A stretch of 51,618 nt of DNA, counting the filler, from Sphacelaria rigidula (taxonomy: Eukaryota), in the NCBI GenBank assembly GCA_964200075.2. It is 4 parts of 4 records of this genome, joined end to end, with 100 filler letters (N's around TTAATTAATTAA, not from the genome) between each part and the next. Parts side by side here need not be neighbours in the genome. Positions count along the whole stretch, not along the records: positions 1 to 12,832 come from CAXNAA020003380.1; positions 12,933 to 25,761 come from CAXNAA020003381.1; 2 more parts are not named here. One strand, given 5' to 3'. Both the position numbers and the translations under genes were made by a program. Below are positions 11,159 to 22,682 of this stretch, piece by piece. The notes under the pieces are model-generated. The model ran no database searches and was not told where the DNA came from. It saw only the letters and a program-made list of their open reading frames with translations. The stretch's first letter is position 1. Every line of letters starts with the position of its first letter.

Positions 11159-12461
11159 TTATCCGACGATGTGCTGAAAGTGGCTGGTGGCGCCGTGCAT
11201 GGCCCACACCTCCTCGATAGCATCCTTCAGCTCGTCGGAGTTGATGTCGTTCACGCACACCGAGTTTCCCACCGAGCCGGACACAAGGGGTACGCGCTGC
11301 TTGCCATGGCGGTGTTCTACAGCATCCAGCAGAGCCTGCATGAGTCAATTGGGAACCGGATTCCAATATGCGCCATTAGTGAATGTCATTAAGTTGAAAA
11401 AAATATCTCGTTCCCAACATAAAAACAGACCCGAGACGTGTGTCGTATACTGTACAGAAACAAGCCACCCTTGGAACTACACTGGAAGCAAAAGGAAACA
11501 AGGGCGCCTAGTGAGGGGATGCCCGTTTTACATACTTGCTTTTTCCGTCTTAGTTTATGTTGTTTTTTTCGTGTTTCTTTTTTTCCTCTCTCGAGTTTTT
11601 CCTTGAGCGAAGTGCTCTGTTCATCAATCTTGGCCACGTCCATATATTTTGACCACTGCCGGATTAGCGGTGGGTCAAAGCGTGACATATAGCTGACTAA
11701 TCTCTCAATTGCGATATAATATTCCAAGATCATAGCACCAACATAGTGTCTCACCTTCTCCATGAGCTTGAGCTCGACGGCATCATGAATAGTGGGCAGA
11801 CCGATGTTCTTCATCGTCGAGAAAACACGCTCCAGCACTGCAGTGGAGATCATGCCGCGGCGCTTAGAGATGACGAGGGACAGGAAGCCGTCGACGTTGA
11901 CGGCCTCGCCGTGCATGATGTCGGCATTGGGCACCATCTCGATGATCTTGCTGAACGTGTGGCCGTAGTCCACGCAGCTGCAGCAAAACCATCGATTCAA
12001 GCAAAACGATCGAATATCGTTCCGGGTGCGGTTTCCGGCATGTATTTCAGGGTATCAATCGCGTATTCAGGTCACTGAATTCCAGTACATCGGCATTACC
12101 GGTCCAACGACGGGGCGACACATTACCGTGTTGGCATGTATACAAATGTGCCTTCGAAGTCGACCCTCACGTCATGACGTCAGCCCGTAAAATATGCGTA
12201 TTGTACGACGCTGCAAAACGCAGTTGGGCAATGGGATATTGCTTCATCTCTCAACTAGCTGTGAGTAGTCACTCATTACCTGAGTCGCACACGTGCAACA
12301 CGTTCCAATTGTGGTGCCAAAAACACGAGCACCGCTAGGGTCAGGACAATTCGACTCCTGACTCACCGCTCGAGCTTGTGCTCCCACAAGTTGGGGCCAA
12401 GCTCCTCGAGCATGATCTGGACGGAAAGCTGAATCACGCGGTCTGCCACACCGTCGGCGCC
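11159..12461 (-). CDS. Sedoheptulose 7-phosphate cyclase, EEVS-like (2-epi-5-epi-valiolone synthase; DHQS-like superfamily), last three exons; 5' part lies beyond the contig end
   Basis: Minus-strand exons 12461-12367, 11977-11755 and 11335-11159 splice in phase to GADGVADRVIQLSVQIMLEELGPNLWEHKLERCVDYGHTFSKIIEMVPNADIMHGEAVNVDGFLSLVISKRRGMISTAVLERVFSTMKNIGLPTIHDAVELKLMEKALLDAVEHRHGKQRVPLVSGSVGNSVCVNDINSDELKDAIEEVWAMHG...*. Motifs present: MLEELxPNLWE, RxxDYGHTFS, HGEAV and HRxGKQRxP. Confidence 0.88.
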
Positions 12462-12832
12462 CTGGACAGTATAGTCAAATCGAAGCATAGGGTGGGAAGG
12501 CACCGCGTACAATCAGACGAATATTTTTTCCACACGGGGTGGAAAAACAGGGAGAGTTAAACGTTCACCATGGAGGATCCCGAGAATAGGCGACATTTTT
12601 TTATCCACGCAAGCACTTGTACATGGTCAACAATATTTTCTGACGATATTTTCAGAATAACGTCGCCGGCAAGACCATCCACAGCGTGGTCGGAAGTGGT
12701 CAGAAGGTGGGTTAGGGTTAGGGTGTGAACGTTATCAACGGAAACGAAGTGACTTAGCCTCAACGCGAGCCGACTACAATGGTTTCCCTGGAAATACCTC
12801 GCTGAGAGAGTGAACAGTCGAGTCGCAGGGGG

Positions 12833-12932
12833 NNNNNNNNNNNNNNNNNNNNNNNNNNNNNNNNNNNNNNNNNNNNTTAATTAATTAANNNNNNNNNNNN
12901 NNNNNNNNNNNNNNNNNNNNNNNNNNNNNNNN
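12833..12932. other. Artificial contig-join spacer
   Basis: N44-TTAATTAATTAA-N44, a linker with stops in all six frames. Confidence 0.97.
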
Positions 12933-13024
12933 AAATCGCAGTTTCATATTTTTCGCAGCGTCCATGGGGCCATGCAAATATGGTTTCATCCCTATCCTGC
13001 CTGGGGGGGGGGGGTCAACTGTAC

Positions 13025-16000
13025 CTGGAGGGCCTGGTTCTTCTCGGCAAAGACCATGGACAAGTTGCGGTGCTCCTCTTCGATCTTACCCACGCTGCCT
13101 TGGATCAACGACACCAGTGCTGGCAGCCTCTGGCGCACAGCGAACTTTGCAAAGTCCCACTCGAACAGCCGCACGTACTGCCCCGCAGAAACGCCTCCGA
13201 CCTACAACCGCAGCGGCGCCAGAACAGAGATCGCGCAGACACGAATGGGCCAGCAGCGAAATTGTGCAAGAGAGGAAAGATGGGATATATGCACTTTCAT
13301 ATTGGCATGCGCAAAGAGGAGGACAAGAAGGAAAATATGCACATAAAATTTCTTCCTACTATATCGGAGAACAGCAAATGATTATTCGACTATTATACTG
13401 CAACCTCGAGTATTATTCATTCCGCCATAATCCGAAATCAAAACGAACAAAAATATGAAGCCCTTGGCACGCAGACATGAAACATGTACCGTGATTTTCC
13501 ATACCCAAAAACTCGTCTGGCAAATTCGTGTGTTGGGCTGCCCGTATCTTCGCGTTGATACCACGCATCGCATCAAACATATCATTGGTGTGCCTCTCCT
13601 ACAGCACTCCACCAACGTCCCTGACCCCTGGGTGGTCACCCTCCCGCACCCGCTCCCTTCCTGCCGCGTAGTTTTTGTACCTTCATGTCCAGCGATGAAC
13701 CCTTCTACCTTATCATGAGCCCCTTGGGCATGGACCCCTCCCTAAATTTGACCGTAGCTCCACTACTGTGAGGTACGCGTTACACAATCGTTCTCGATTA
13801 GACAACATACACGTGAGGGGGTAGGTGGGCGGGCCGCAGCGCAGAAATACGTCGTGTAGTCATTTTTTCAGACATCAATCGGGCTGTTCGAGCGTGATAA
13901 CCAGTAGCAATGCGAGACAAGATGTAAATCGGACTGTTCAAGCGTGATCACCAGTGGTAGTGCGAGTCAAGATATCAATCGGACTGTTCGAGTGTGATAA
14001 CCAGTAGCAATGCGAGACAATATATCAATCGGACTGTTCAAGCGTGATTACCAGTAGTAGTGCGAGTCCAGATATCGATCGGACCGCTCAGCCGTGGTGA
14101 CCAGCAGTGGTGCGACTCCAAAACACATCAATCGCAACCACGGGATAAGATATCGCCCGCCCCAAACCTGCAGACCACAAGACATGGCGTACCTCAGAGA
14201 TCAAGGGGCCTTCCACGCTGGGAGTGCGCCTTTGATTTTACATAATGTAGTAGGGTACATCATGAAAGCTGCAGACCAGACAAGTACAGTACAACATAAT
14301 TTTTTACAAGTCATTGCCGTATGCGTGCGAAGGTGTCAAAACGATCTCAGAGCTCTGGATAACTGCAAAAAATAAAAATAAAAACTATAATTGTACGAGT
14401 ATAAACAAGGGTACAGACATTAACAAGGACAGTAGGCAGAAAATGTCTAGCGCGCACGGGGTTGCAATAGAGTGATCACCGACCTTGAGAGGGTCCTGAT
14501 CCCCTGCAACTTCCGTGTACTGCTTCTCGATCTTCCGGACCATGTTCTCCACGAGCATGTCGATGCGCACTAGATCGTCGGATAGCGACATGAGGGAATC
14601 CAAGGTGCCCACCTGTGGTTTATGCAACGGCGCACACAGAGAGACAGACGCGGGCACATACGCTGGTGGTCAAACTCATATATTCAAGTCACTGGTTCTC
14701 CGGATCATCTCGAATTCGACACCGACAGCAGACAAGTCAACTTCTTGTTTTTTTCGGGGGGGGGAGGCTCCGCGGTACTTCCATCGTAAGAAAATCCACG
14801 AAGATCGCGGAAGTACTCACTGTGCTTGGTGTATTCAGAGTGGGTGGACCGAGGGCCTGTGCTCATCTAACGTTCGATAAAAACAGAGTGCAAAGCAAGC
14901 GACGGAATAGAAGATGCGTCCATCTCCGGAGACTACGAAGCCCTCTCGAAAAGGGGAACGGGGCGGGAAGCGGTGGAGGATGGCGGATTAGAACGCGCGA
15001 GAGATAGATTGCAGACATCGTTTTTTTTATATGCGGGGAAATGCAGATGTTTCGGTACCTACCGTACGTAGTACCCGCGCGAAACGGCACACACCGCGAC
15101 GCAATATTGTTTTGCTCCTCAATGTGGTGGATGAGAAACTAATTACCAGAATATTTCCAGGCGTTATGGCAACAGCACAAGTAGCGGCAGCAAAAAGTCA
15201 ATAGCCATCATCCACGTGCACGCACCTGCAGCGAGGGCAAGTCCACCTTGAAAACATCCGCATACTGCTTGACTGACGACTCCTTCAAGTTTCGGAACAC
15301 CTGTGCGTGTCGACATGTCGAAGCGAAAGTTTGTTTCACGCCAGCACGAAACACACAAGAGAGAAGAGGCAGCACGAGGAAAAAAACATGAATGGTGGCG
15401 CAAACGAAGTTAGTACCCGGGGACAAACAACTCGACATGGATGATGAAAACAATCAGCGGCAGACAACTACAACGGCAAACGTCACTTATCTAACCCGGG
15501 AGAGCGGGAGCAAACTTGCACCATCAAAGATTAGCGATAGATGTTCAAAAGCAAGGATGTCGCCGTCCAAGGGATCATTAGGGCGGACTTACTCGGCCTT
15601 CAAGCCGACCTTTATGCGATCTTTGCTCAACGCCTTTGGTAGATCAGTGCTAGTCTAAGTGTACGTGATGCGGGGACAGTGCTTAAGATCAGCCTGTGTA
15701 ATGTGACATACTTTCTTGGATAAGTTAGTGCGTCCTAATGATCCAAGGGTCGGACAGTCCAATGATTCGTCTGGAAATCACTTGGTTTTAGTGTAATTGA
15801 TCCGGACCGTATGAATCAATCCCTAAGCTTTGTTATCAGTGTTACAACCCAGGTACACGCAGCCCAGACGCGTGGAATGGCGCAAAAGTTGCGTGGATGC
15901 CTCTTGGACCAGCGGTCAACTTTTTTCTCCCTTTTGAGCAATCAGGCCAGGAAAATCGTGGATTTGGTGATTCAAACCCGTGATGATTCGTCCTAACCGT

Positions 16001-19000
16001 GTAATCATCCCTTGGACGGCGACGTCCTTGTTTTTGACGGGTCCTAACGTCGACGCCAAAATACGACAGGATTGTGGAGGGCAGACGTGACTTATCTAAC
16101 CCGGGACAGCGGGTACGTGTGTAGGTTGTAGCTGCTCACTCGGTGTAAGGAAACGGAGCGTGTAGAGACGCGACGCGGACTTGAACAGGACGGGCTTTGC
16201 AAGGAAAAGCAAGGCAAATCTTGGGATTGGACAATAGTCTAACCAGGCGGGGCGCCCGGACTGGGTGCCTCCCAGATGGAGAGTATGACGGAGCCCATAC
16301 TGGGGATCCAAGGATGGCGGTTTCGGGGTGACAGGCCCGGGATGACGATCTTGACAAGCCCGGAGTTGTTTGTAAGCGGGTCGGGTAATATAGAGGTGAT
16401 AATCACAACAACTGTCAACAGGTAATGAACAAGTGTGTCTCCTGTTCATTCCTCCCGATCGAATCTCGTCTCTTGTGATCAAAAGGTCCCCACGAGAAGC
16501 GCTCGCATTACTCCAGCAATGCCACTTTGGGCTCCTCCATTTTTCTTCTCCTCGAAAACCAAACACCTGAATGTGAGGAGGACAAGATAAAAAAATAAAA
16601 AAATAAAATGGGAAATGTACCACCCTGGCAGGGCGGTCCGGCCACGAGATGCCTACTTCCCCCCGGCGTGCGCCGCACGGGAAAGGACGATTCTACACTG
16701 GTGTGCACACAAGTCGCCACATCGTCATCATCCACCGTCAACGACCGTACTGCATCAAGCAGCGATAGTCTTTCGAGATAGTTGACATTTTGTTCCGAAT
16801 TGTCTTCCTATCCCTCATTGTCGCCGTGTTGTCACGGTTTGTATCGAGATGTCAAAGAAACCTCGACTTGCACCGTAGTCGAGTCCACATATAGCTCAAC
16901 AATCACGAATTGCACCTACCGTACTCGTATGAAAATATCTGCATCAACGGACCCACAACGCGACGACACGGGGCATCATTATGTGCATCCATGATTTGCC
17001 ACCGCATCCCGGTGGCTTAATGGTACACCTAACACCATCAGGGTGGGAAGAACGCGAGCTCACCCCTCTTCAGATGCGCTTAGTTCGGACTCTCGCTGTC
17101 AAGTATCTGATCTTCGCTGTTCAAAGCGTGAGAACGTACGTGAGTACCATAGACAGTCTGTTTTGTTCAACTGAGCTTGTTTCCGCGATGGTCGACGTGG
17201 TGAGAGAGGGTTGGTCATCATCCAATCCACGGTACCAAAATGCTAGGCTTGATAATCCCTTGATACCACGTGCTTGCCCCCAAGAATGGGGTGTGTGAAC
17301 GGACAGTATGACTAGAAGAAAGAATAAAAATCCAAGGAATATTTTAAAAAATGCCAAGCGTAACAAAAAAGAAAAAAAACGCGCATACAACACTCATACA
17401 TGAGCGTTCAAAATGACGATGATGACTCGGAAGATGACGAATCCATGCACGAGTTTGTCCTAGTGTCTTTACACAAGTTCATCATTGGGCGGGCGGGCGC
17501 TGGCGTGTCGGGTGCCATGCGATCGGCGGGAACTGAAGCAATGAGAGCGGCTGACTCGAATGAGATCAGTCCGGAGTAATAGGATTTTACCTCAATATTC
17601 ACACAATGTCAAGTCTCGCAAGGCCGTCCGAGGAGTGTTCCAGACATGCGTGTACGGATGCTCGTCCCTTCAAACATTTGTGCGATTAGGTCATTTGATG
17701 TACTAGTTGGTCAGACGAGGAACTCAGACTGGTGTTTTTCAAGAATCTTACTTTAGTATGTCGTTCGACACTCTCGCTTCCTCTCGTACACCATCAAGTT
17801 CTTTTTGATGACACCCGAATGAGAAAGAGACGGGAGGTGTACTCATGATCATGCATGCCATAGTCATAAAAGAGAGGCGGGGGGGGGGGGGGGGCGAAAG
17901 ACAACCTGAAGATTCTTGATCATCACTCTGACTTCCTCATCTGAGCAACGAGTACAAAAATACCCCTCGCGTTTGTATCCAGCAGGAGTATTTTGTGACA
18001 CTCCCGATGAGGCACCTCGAAGTACCCGTACACACCGCTATCGGGCCAGTGACGTGCGGACCTGCGAAACGACCACAGAAGCCCTAGGACTTGTGAACCC
18101 GTTATAGAAGCCCTAGGACTTGTGAACCCGTTATAGAACCCCAGGTATAATCTAGCATCGCCTCTTGGACTCATGACACGGAGGTCAGCGTCATGTGATG
18201 TTCCTTGCGACGCAGTCATCAATACGGAAGCACGGAACCAACCCCACCCCACCCCATAAAACGCATCACAACTGATAGATGGTTCATGTCGAGGCAGACG
18301 GCACATGATACCCCAGAGAAAAAAACATCCAGCTTTTGTCCCTCTCTTGGATGTGTACAATTGAATAAACTCTTCCAGCCAGCAAGGCCGTTTGTTTCCA
18401 AAAACACGGACTTAAACTCCCGCGGAGATCGGGAGTATGGCCCCTCTATGCGTCAATAGCACTGTGATTGCCCTCGAACGCTAGGTTAGACCAAACACAA
18501 ACTTCATTGGAGTACGACAAAGGTAGAAGTAGTCCATGACCATGCTGGACAGGAAGAGTTGGATATTGCGGCGTTTACACCACGCAGCATAGCACTCGCA
18601 GCTGTACCTTCCGAAGGCTCCGTCAGCACAATCACCGCACGAGCGAGACCTCGGTTTCTCGCGGGGATTTCTGTATTGTACTCTCTCCCGTGTTGTATCG
18701 TTGTATGACACGGATAGGTGTGTGCCAACCGCCCATGAGGCCCAGACCATCCTGGTTCTACGTAGGCGTCGTCTTCCATCAGAACAAGTATTCCGCCCTC
18801 TGGGCGTCATAAGAGTTGAACTTAGGGAGGAATAAAAGCACACGACGGTGCAGTAGACACCACCGCGATTGTTGACGGACTGAAACCCTTGTTGAACTTG
18901 CGAATCATCTCCGCGCTACACTCATCATCGGAAATGCAAGCACGCGCGCTGGTTCCTTAGCTTCATTCTCCTCCTCAACCGAAGGTACTCAGAATTAGTT

Positions 19001-22000
19001 TCGACGACCGACGCGGGGAAGGTCCTCAAGCTTACATGGCAGACCCATTTCTCAACAAGATACAAGGTATCCCTCCATTGCTCAATCATTATCACACCTC
19101 GACATTTGCGCATCAAAGCGGGGGATACACTGTACCACCGACGACCCTTGGTGCACAGAGAGATGTAACGTGAAGCTCTCAAAACCGTCACTAGGCGGGT
19201 TTTGCGATACGTTGGGCAATAACTATGATGAATCTTCAAAACGTGGGTCGTCCTTGATGCCCAGTAATGAAAGCCAATGGGAACTTTCCCCACGAAATCC
19301 CCCATTGGTGTACCATTGTATACTTCGAAGTAAATGAACACATGGGAAATATGTGGGAAAGCGGGAAGGATGGAGGGAAGACATAAAATCGATAAATGAG
19401 TCGCACTACTGTATCGGGCTTGAGCTCACTAGATAGAAGACGAGACGACTTATGGTGAGACCGCCGAGCAGAGATCCAAATGCGACACGAATGCACGGCG
19501 AGTGCGTTTCCCTCTTGCATTATCGCACACTCCTAGGTTCGAAACTGGCGAGACTCTCCCCCCCTTTCCCCCCCTTCCCCCCACAAGGCAAGCAACAAAT
19601 GAGTTCGCCCCCTTCCCTACCCCCCACCGTGAGTGAGTGCATCCCTTCCCCCACTGCAGGAAAATGAGTGCCCCTCTTCACGGGACAATGAATCTACGAA
19701 TGTACGAGAGGAGTGGAATGGACCAGACCAGGGTCTAAATTGCTGTTATGCGGATGAGGAGGTTGATGAAGTCACAGTATTGTACGGCCTCGAGGGGGAA
19801 GTCCATAGTTTCTGAGAGAAACCCCACCCCCGTCTGGGATAACGGTGAAAATAAGATGCACCTTGATGTTGCCATTGGGTACATGGCAAGCAGCGAAACT
19901 TGAATCATAGCACGGGGCAGCTACGCAGTGCCTATCGTGTATGGGTACCTCGCTAGATCGCTTCACACAGCAAGTGTAAGCTCGAAATAACCTACAATAA
20001 TGTAATCAAACGAGCCTCCTGATCAGATAGATGAGAGGAGGGAACAAATAGATCCGACGTTAAAACCACTCGTGAATCAACGTCGAACCACGGGTGAAGA
20101 AAAATGTCGTTCCTATTGGAGGGAGGACCAAAACGAATCCGTCTCGAATCCTGTCCCTCCTGGCTCAGGGTCGGGCCCAGGTATATGCTACATGGCACGA
20201 CTTGCGTTTGCGATATCGAGCTTTTCTAGGATAGACACCTACCAACTTATCACTGCCTGCCTGTAGCACAGGTGCAGTGCGGTGGGGTTAAAACTGAGGC
20301 AGAAGCACGTATTTATTGCAAGCCCCTCATCCTGTAGGTGGGTGCTTCTCAGCTAGGCGCGTGCTACTGGACTTCACGGCTTGACAGTATTATACGACAA
20401 CGGTACAGTGGTACGAGCCGTCGACTTGGGGCCTCTCGAACACATCACGACAAGTCCGGGGGACACGCGATTTGCCTTTTTTATCGCGACTTTGTCTTCA
20501 GCTGAATGCAGCAAATAAATTGGCGGGGGTGTATTAATGCTTCTGCATGCCGCGATCATGAGACCGTTGACCTCGCATCCCCACGCCGGGGTTTCCGCCG
20601 GACCAGGAAGGGGCGGGGGGCAGGGGCGTGCTCATTCATTGCTTGCCTTCGTCGTTTGACCATTGACCACGCGTCCCCTTCGAGACGGAGCACGACCAGG
20701 AAGGGGAGAGGAAGGAAGTCATAAATATAGGTACCACCTGAACACTACGTGGATACGGAAGCGAGCAACCGAACACAGGATGGTGGTACCTTCGCAGCGG
20801 AGCCCTCGATTGCACCGGAATGACACGCCACCAAGAGCGGCAGTATCGATAACAATCGCGCCAATATCTTCATCATGGTAACATCAGGCAGTGAGTCTCA
20901 AAAGAGCTCATGCTTACATGTATTCATATATGCACACCGTTGCTGTATTGTATTTCCTGATTATATATCCTCCGTGAGGGATACGGATGCTTCTCACAAC
21001 GAGGAAGTGGCACACAAGACTCAAGTGAGGCCTTCTCATGTTTTCACCTCGTTTTTGACGACATGCATGTACGACGTCTACAGTTCAGTGTTTTGCACGT
21101 TTTACGACCGTACTTGGTACATTGACCTCTTGGCGATGTAGCTTTTGTTATTACACGCTCTACAGTACGATTGCGGGACGGACGTGGAAAGGGGAAGGAA
21201 GGAAAAGGGGGTCGACCCGATAGCGGTTTTTTGGCGAAACATCACCAACATCGCTACCAAGCAGAAAGTGGCGATGGACCTTGAGTCCTTGCAAATCAAA
21301 AGCACAGTGAGCTACCTCTCCCTCTTCCCCTTGAGAGATTCGGTTTCATCAGCTGGTTGTGTGCATATCACCTACAGTAGCTGTAGACGGGTGCGACGGG
21401 TCCATGTCGCGGAGATACCCTTGACAGGGTCCACTACAGACCCTTCGAGGTCAACGTGGACGAAACACACGCATGCCGTCATCTCAGAGCTCTGTACGCT
21501 ACTCTTTGTATACTGTACAGAGACACAAGTGTTTTGAACACCATTGACCTAGGATGCACTCGTTTCTACATGAGGGTCCAACGGCGAAGCGCACAAAGAG
21601 AAGCAGACCACGTCTTCCGCGATGTCGTGCCGGCACACGTCAGGACAACTGTGGGGCAAGGACTGCCGTCCAGGTTAGCTCACTCGTAGGCTCTGCTAAA
21701 TGGTGGCCCACGTCTTCTATAATATAAAACACACAAGAGCGCATCTGGCATTCTGAAGGGGCCTGTGTTTTTCGCTTCGTCGATTGATTAAGCCCAAAAC
21801 AGTACATTTGGAAGCCCAATCGCGAAACAACACCCCGCACAAAGCACGAACATCGGAGTGAAGGGACGTCGGTCTTGCTTGATATGCGTTGTGGTAGGAA
21901 GCACACGAACGTTCCAACTCAACATCGTTGCGCCAGTCACCAAGAGCGAACCGGCTTTGGGGAAAAGCTGAGCAAAGTAAGGTAAGAACTGCGTGTCGGT

Positions 22001-22396
22001 CGAAGCAACCAGGGAAATAAGGTCGACGAACAGCTTGCCTCGTACACGTATATATACGCGAAGTTTACCGCCGGGGTCCGACCGACAATTGAAGCAGCTC
22101 CAACAAAGTGGTCAGAGATCGATGTCAGGTTCGGAGGGGGTAGGTAGCCACCCTTTCTGTCATGAAGCCATTCTGAGTAAAAGGAGGGATAGCGGCAGAC
22201 TGGCACAGCGCATATACGTGACAACGGGTTCGGTCATGCCGAGAGGCCCAAGAGTATCTGCTATGCTAGTAGTGTCTAGTACTCCTGTACGCTTGCTGCA
22301 AGTATTCTGTTTCCTGTGGGTGCTTGTCTCACGTACCTGCTCCGTGGGCTTGTTCTCGTTGGGTAACGAGACCATCCAGTAGTTATTCTGCGACAT
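13025..22396 (-). CDS. VHA-C: V-type H+-ATPase V1 subunit C, first four exons; 3' part truncated by the contig end
   Basis: Phase-0 GT-AG exons 22396-22337, 15300-15226, 14612-14484 and 13201-13025 give MSQNNYWMVSLPNENKPTEQ-VFRNLKESSVKQYADVFKVDLPSLQ-VGTLDSLMSLSDDLVRIDMLVENMVRKIEKQYTEVAGDQDPLK-VGGVSAGQYVRLFEWDFAKFAVRQRLPALVSLIQGSVGKIEEEHRNLSMVFAEKNQALQ. YWxVSLP, VGTLDSLxxLSDDL and FxWDxAK are subunit C (Vma5/ATP6V1C/DET3) signatures. Confidence 0.93.
13870..14119. repeat. 50 bp minisatellite, 5 copies, in a VHA-C intron
   Basis: Units start at 13870, 13920, 13970, 14020 and 14070. Consensus is approximately AGATATCAATCGGACTGTTCRAGCGTGATAACCAGTAGYARTGCGAGWCA. Confidence 0.9.
15545..16037. mobile_element. 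MITE-like element with ~36 bp terminal inverted repeats
   Basis: TCAAAAGCAAGGATGTCGCCGTCCAAGGGATCATTA (15545-15580) versus TAATCATCCCTTGGACGGCGACGTCCTTGTTTTTGA (16002-16037), 3 mismatches. No clear TSD. Confidence 0.7.
16998..17330 (+). mobile_element. tRNA-derived SINE, family B, old diverged copy
   Basis: The head CCCGGTGGCTTAATGGT..CCATCAGGGTGGGAAGAACG and the internal AAAGCGTGAGAACGT match the copies at 25384 and 28408. A-rich tail. Confidence 0.6.
18077..18138. repeat. Perfect 29 bp tandem duplication
   Basis: AGAAGCCCTAGGACTTGTGAACCCGTTAT occurs twice in tandem. Confidence 0.9.
20627..20695 (-). repeat. Family X dispersed repeat, partial copy
   Basis: Reverse complement of the family X core (CTCATTCATTGCTTGCCTTCGTCGTTTGACCATTGACCACGCGTCCCCTTCGAGACGGAGCAC), next to G-runs. 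Confidence 0.8.
21166..21306 (+). pseudogene. Exon-like segment antisense within VHA-C intron 1, weakly resembling a hAT transposase C-terminal dimerisation region
   Basis: Pyrimidine tract plus CAG acceptor, GTGAG donor, and 47 open codons YDCGTDVERGRKEKGVDPIAVFWRNITNIATKQKVAMDLESLQIKST. DP..FW....A.DL.SL...ST recalls the hATC motif by eye only. Confidence 0.3.
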
Positions 22397-22682
22397 GGCA
22401 GTAACGCTGTTCTCCACCTCTCCTTCGAGCTCTGTTTTCCCTCGTCAACGATACACGCCGACGTTGCAGTTTCTCCTCTCGTACAGCTATTGCTCGCGCG
22501 TGCACTCTTGGGTTTTTCATCGATACATTTGACTCTACCTCATTCAGGTACCCGTCTGCCATATACCTGACTCGCTGACACTGCAAAAGGGTACAACAAC
22601 ACAAATAGACAATATAGAACACGGTGTGCACTTGTTTCGTTATTCATCGTCACTCATGACCCAGTGATCTCGGGATTATGTC

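Noticed and set aside
11159-12461. Annotation as shikimate-pathway 3-dehydroquinate synthase or as MysA/DDG synthase
   Set aside because: It has MLEELxPNLWE and RxxDYGH rather than RxxLNxGH (DHQS) or MLELExPNL/RVIAYGH (DDGS).
12709-12723. TTAGGG telomere-like repeats
   Set aside because: Only about two units, inside an intron; too short to call an interstitial telomere.
13870-14119. CRISPR-like array (also 1800-3340 and 25866-26156)
   Set aside because: Whole units repeat with no unique spacers, the context is eukaryotic, and there are no cas genes.
11159-22396. Apparent V-ATPase C / sugar-phosphate cyclase fusion gene (same strand, phase-0 compatible across the gap)
   Set aside because: The two parts lie on different contigs joined by an artificial spacer, and both proteins are truncated at the join.
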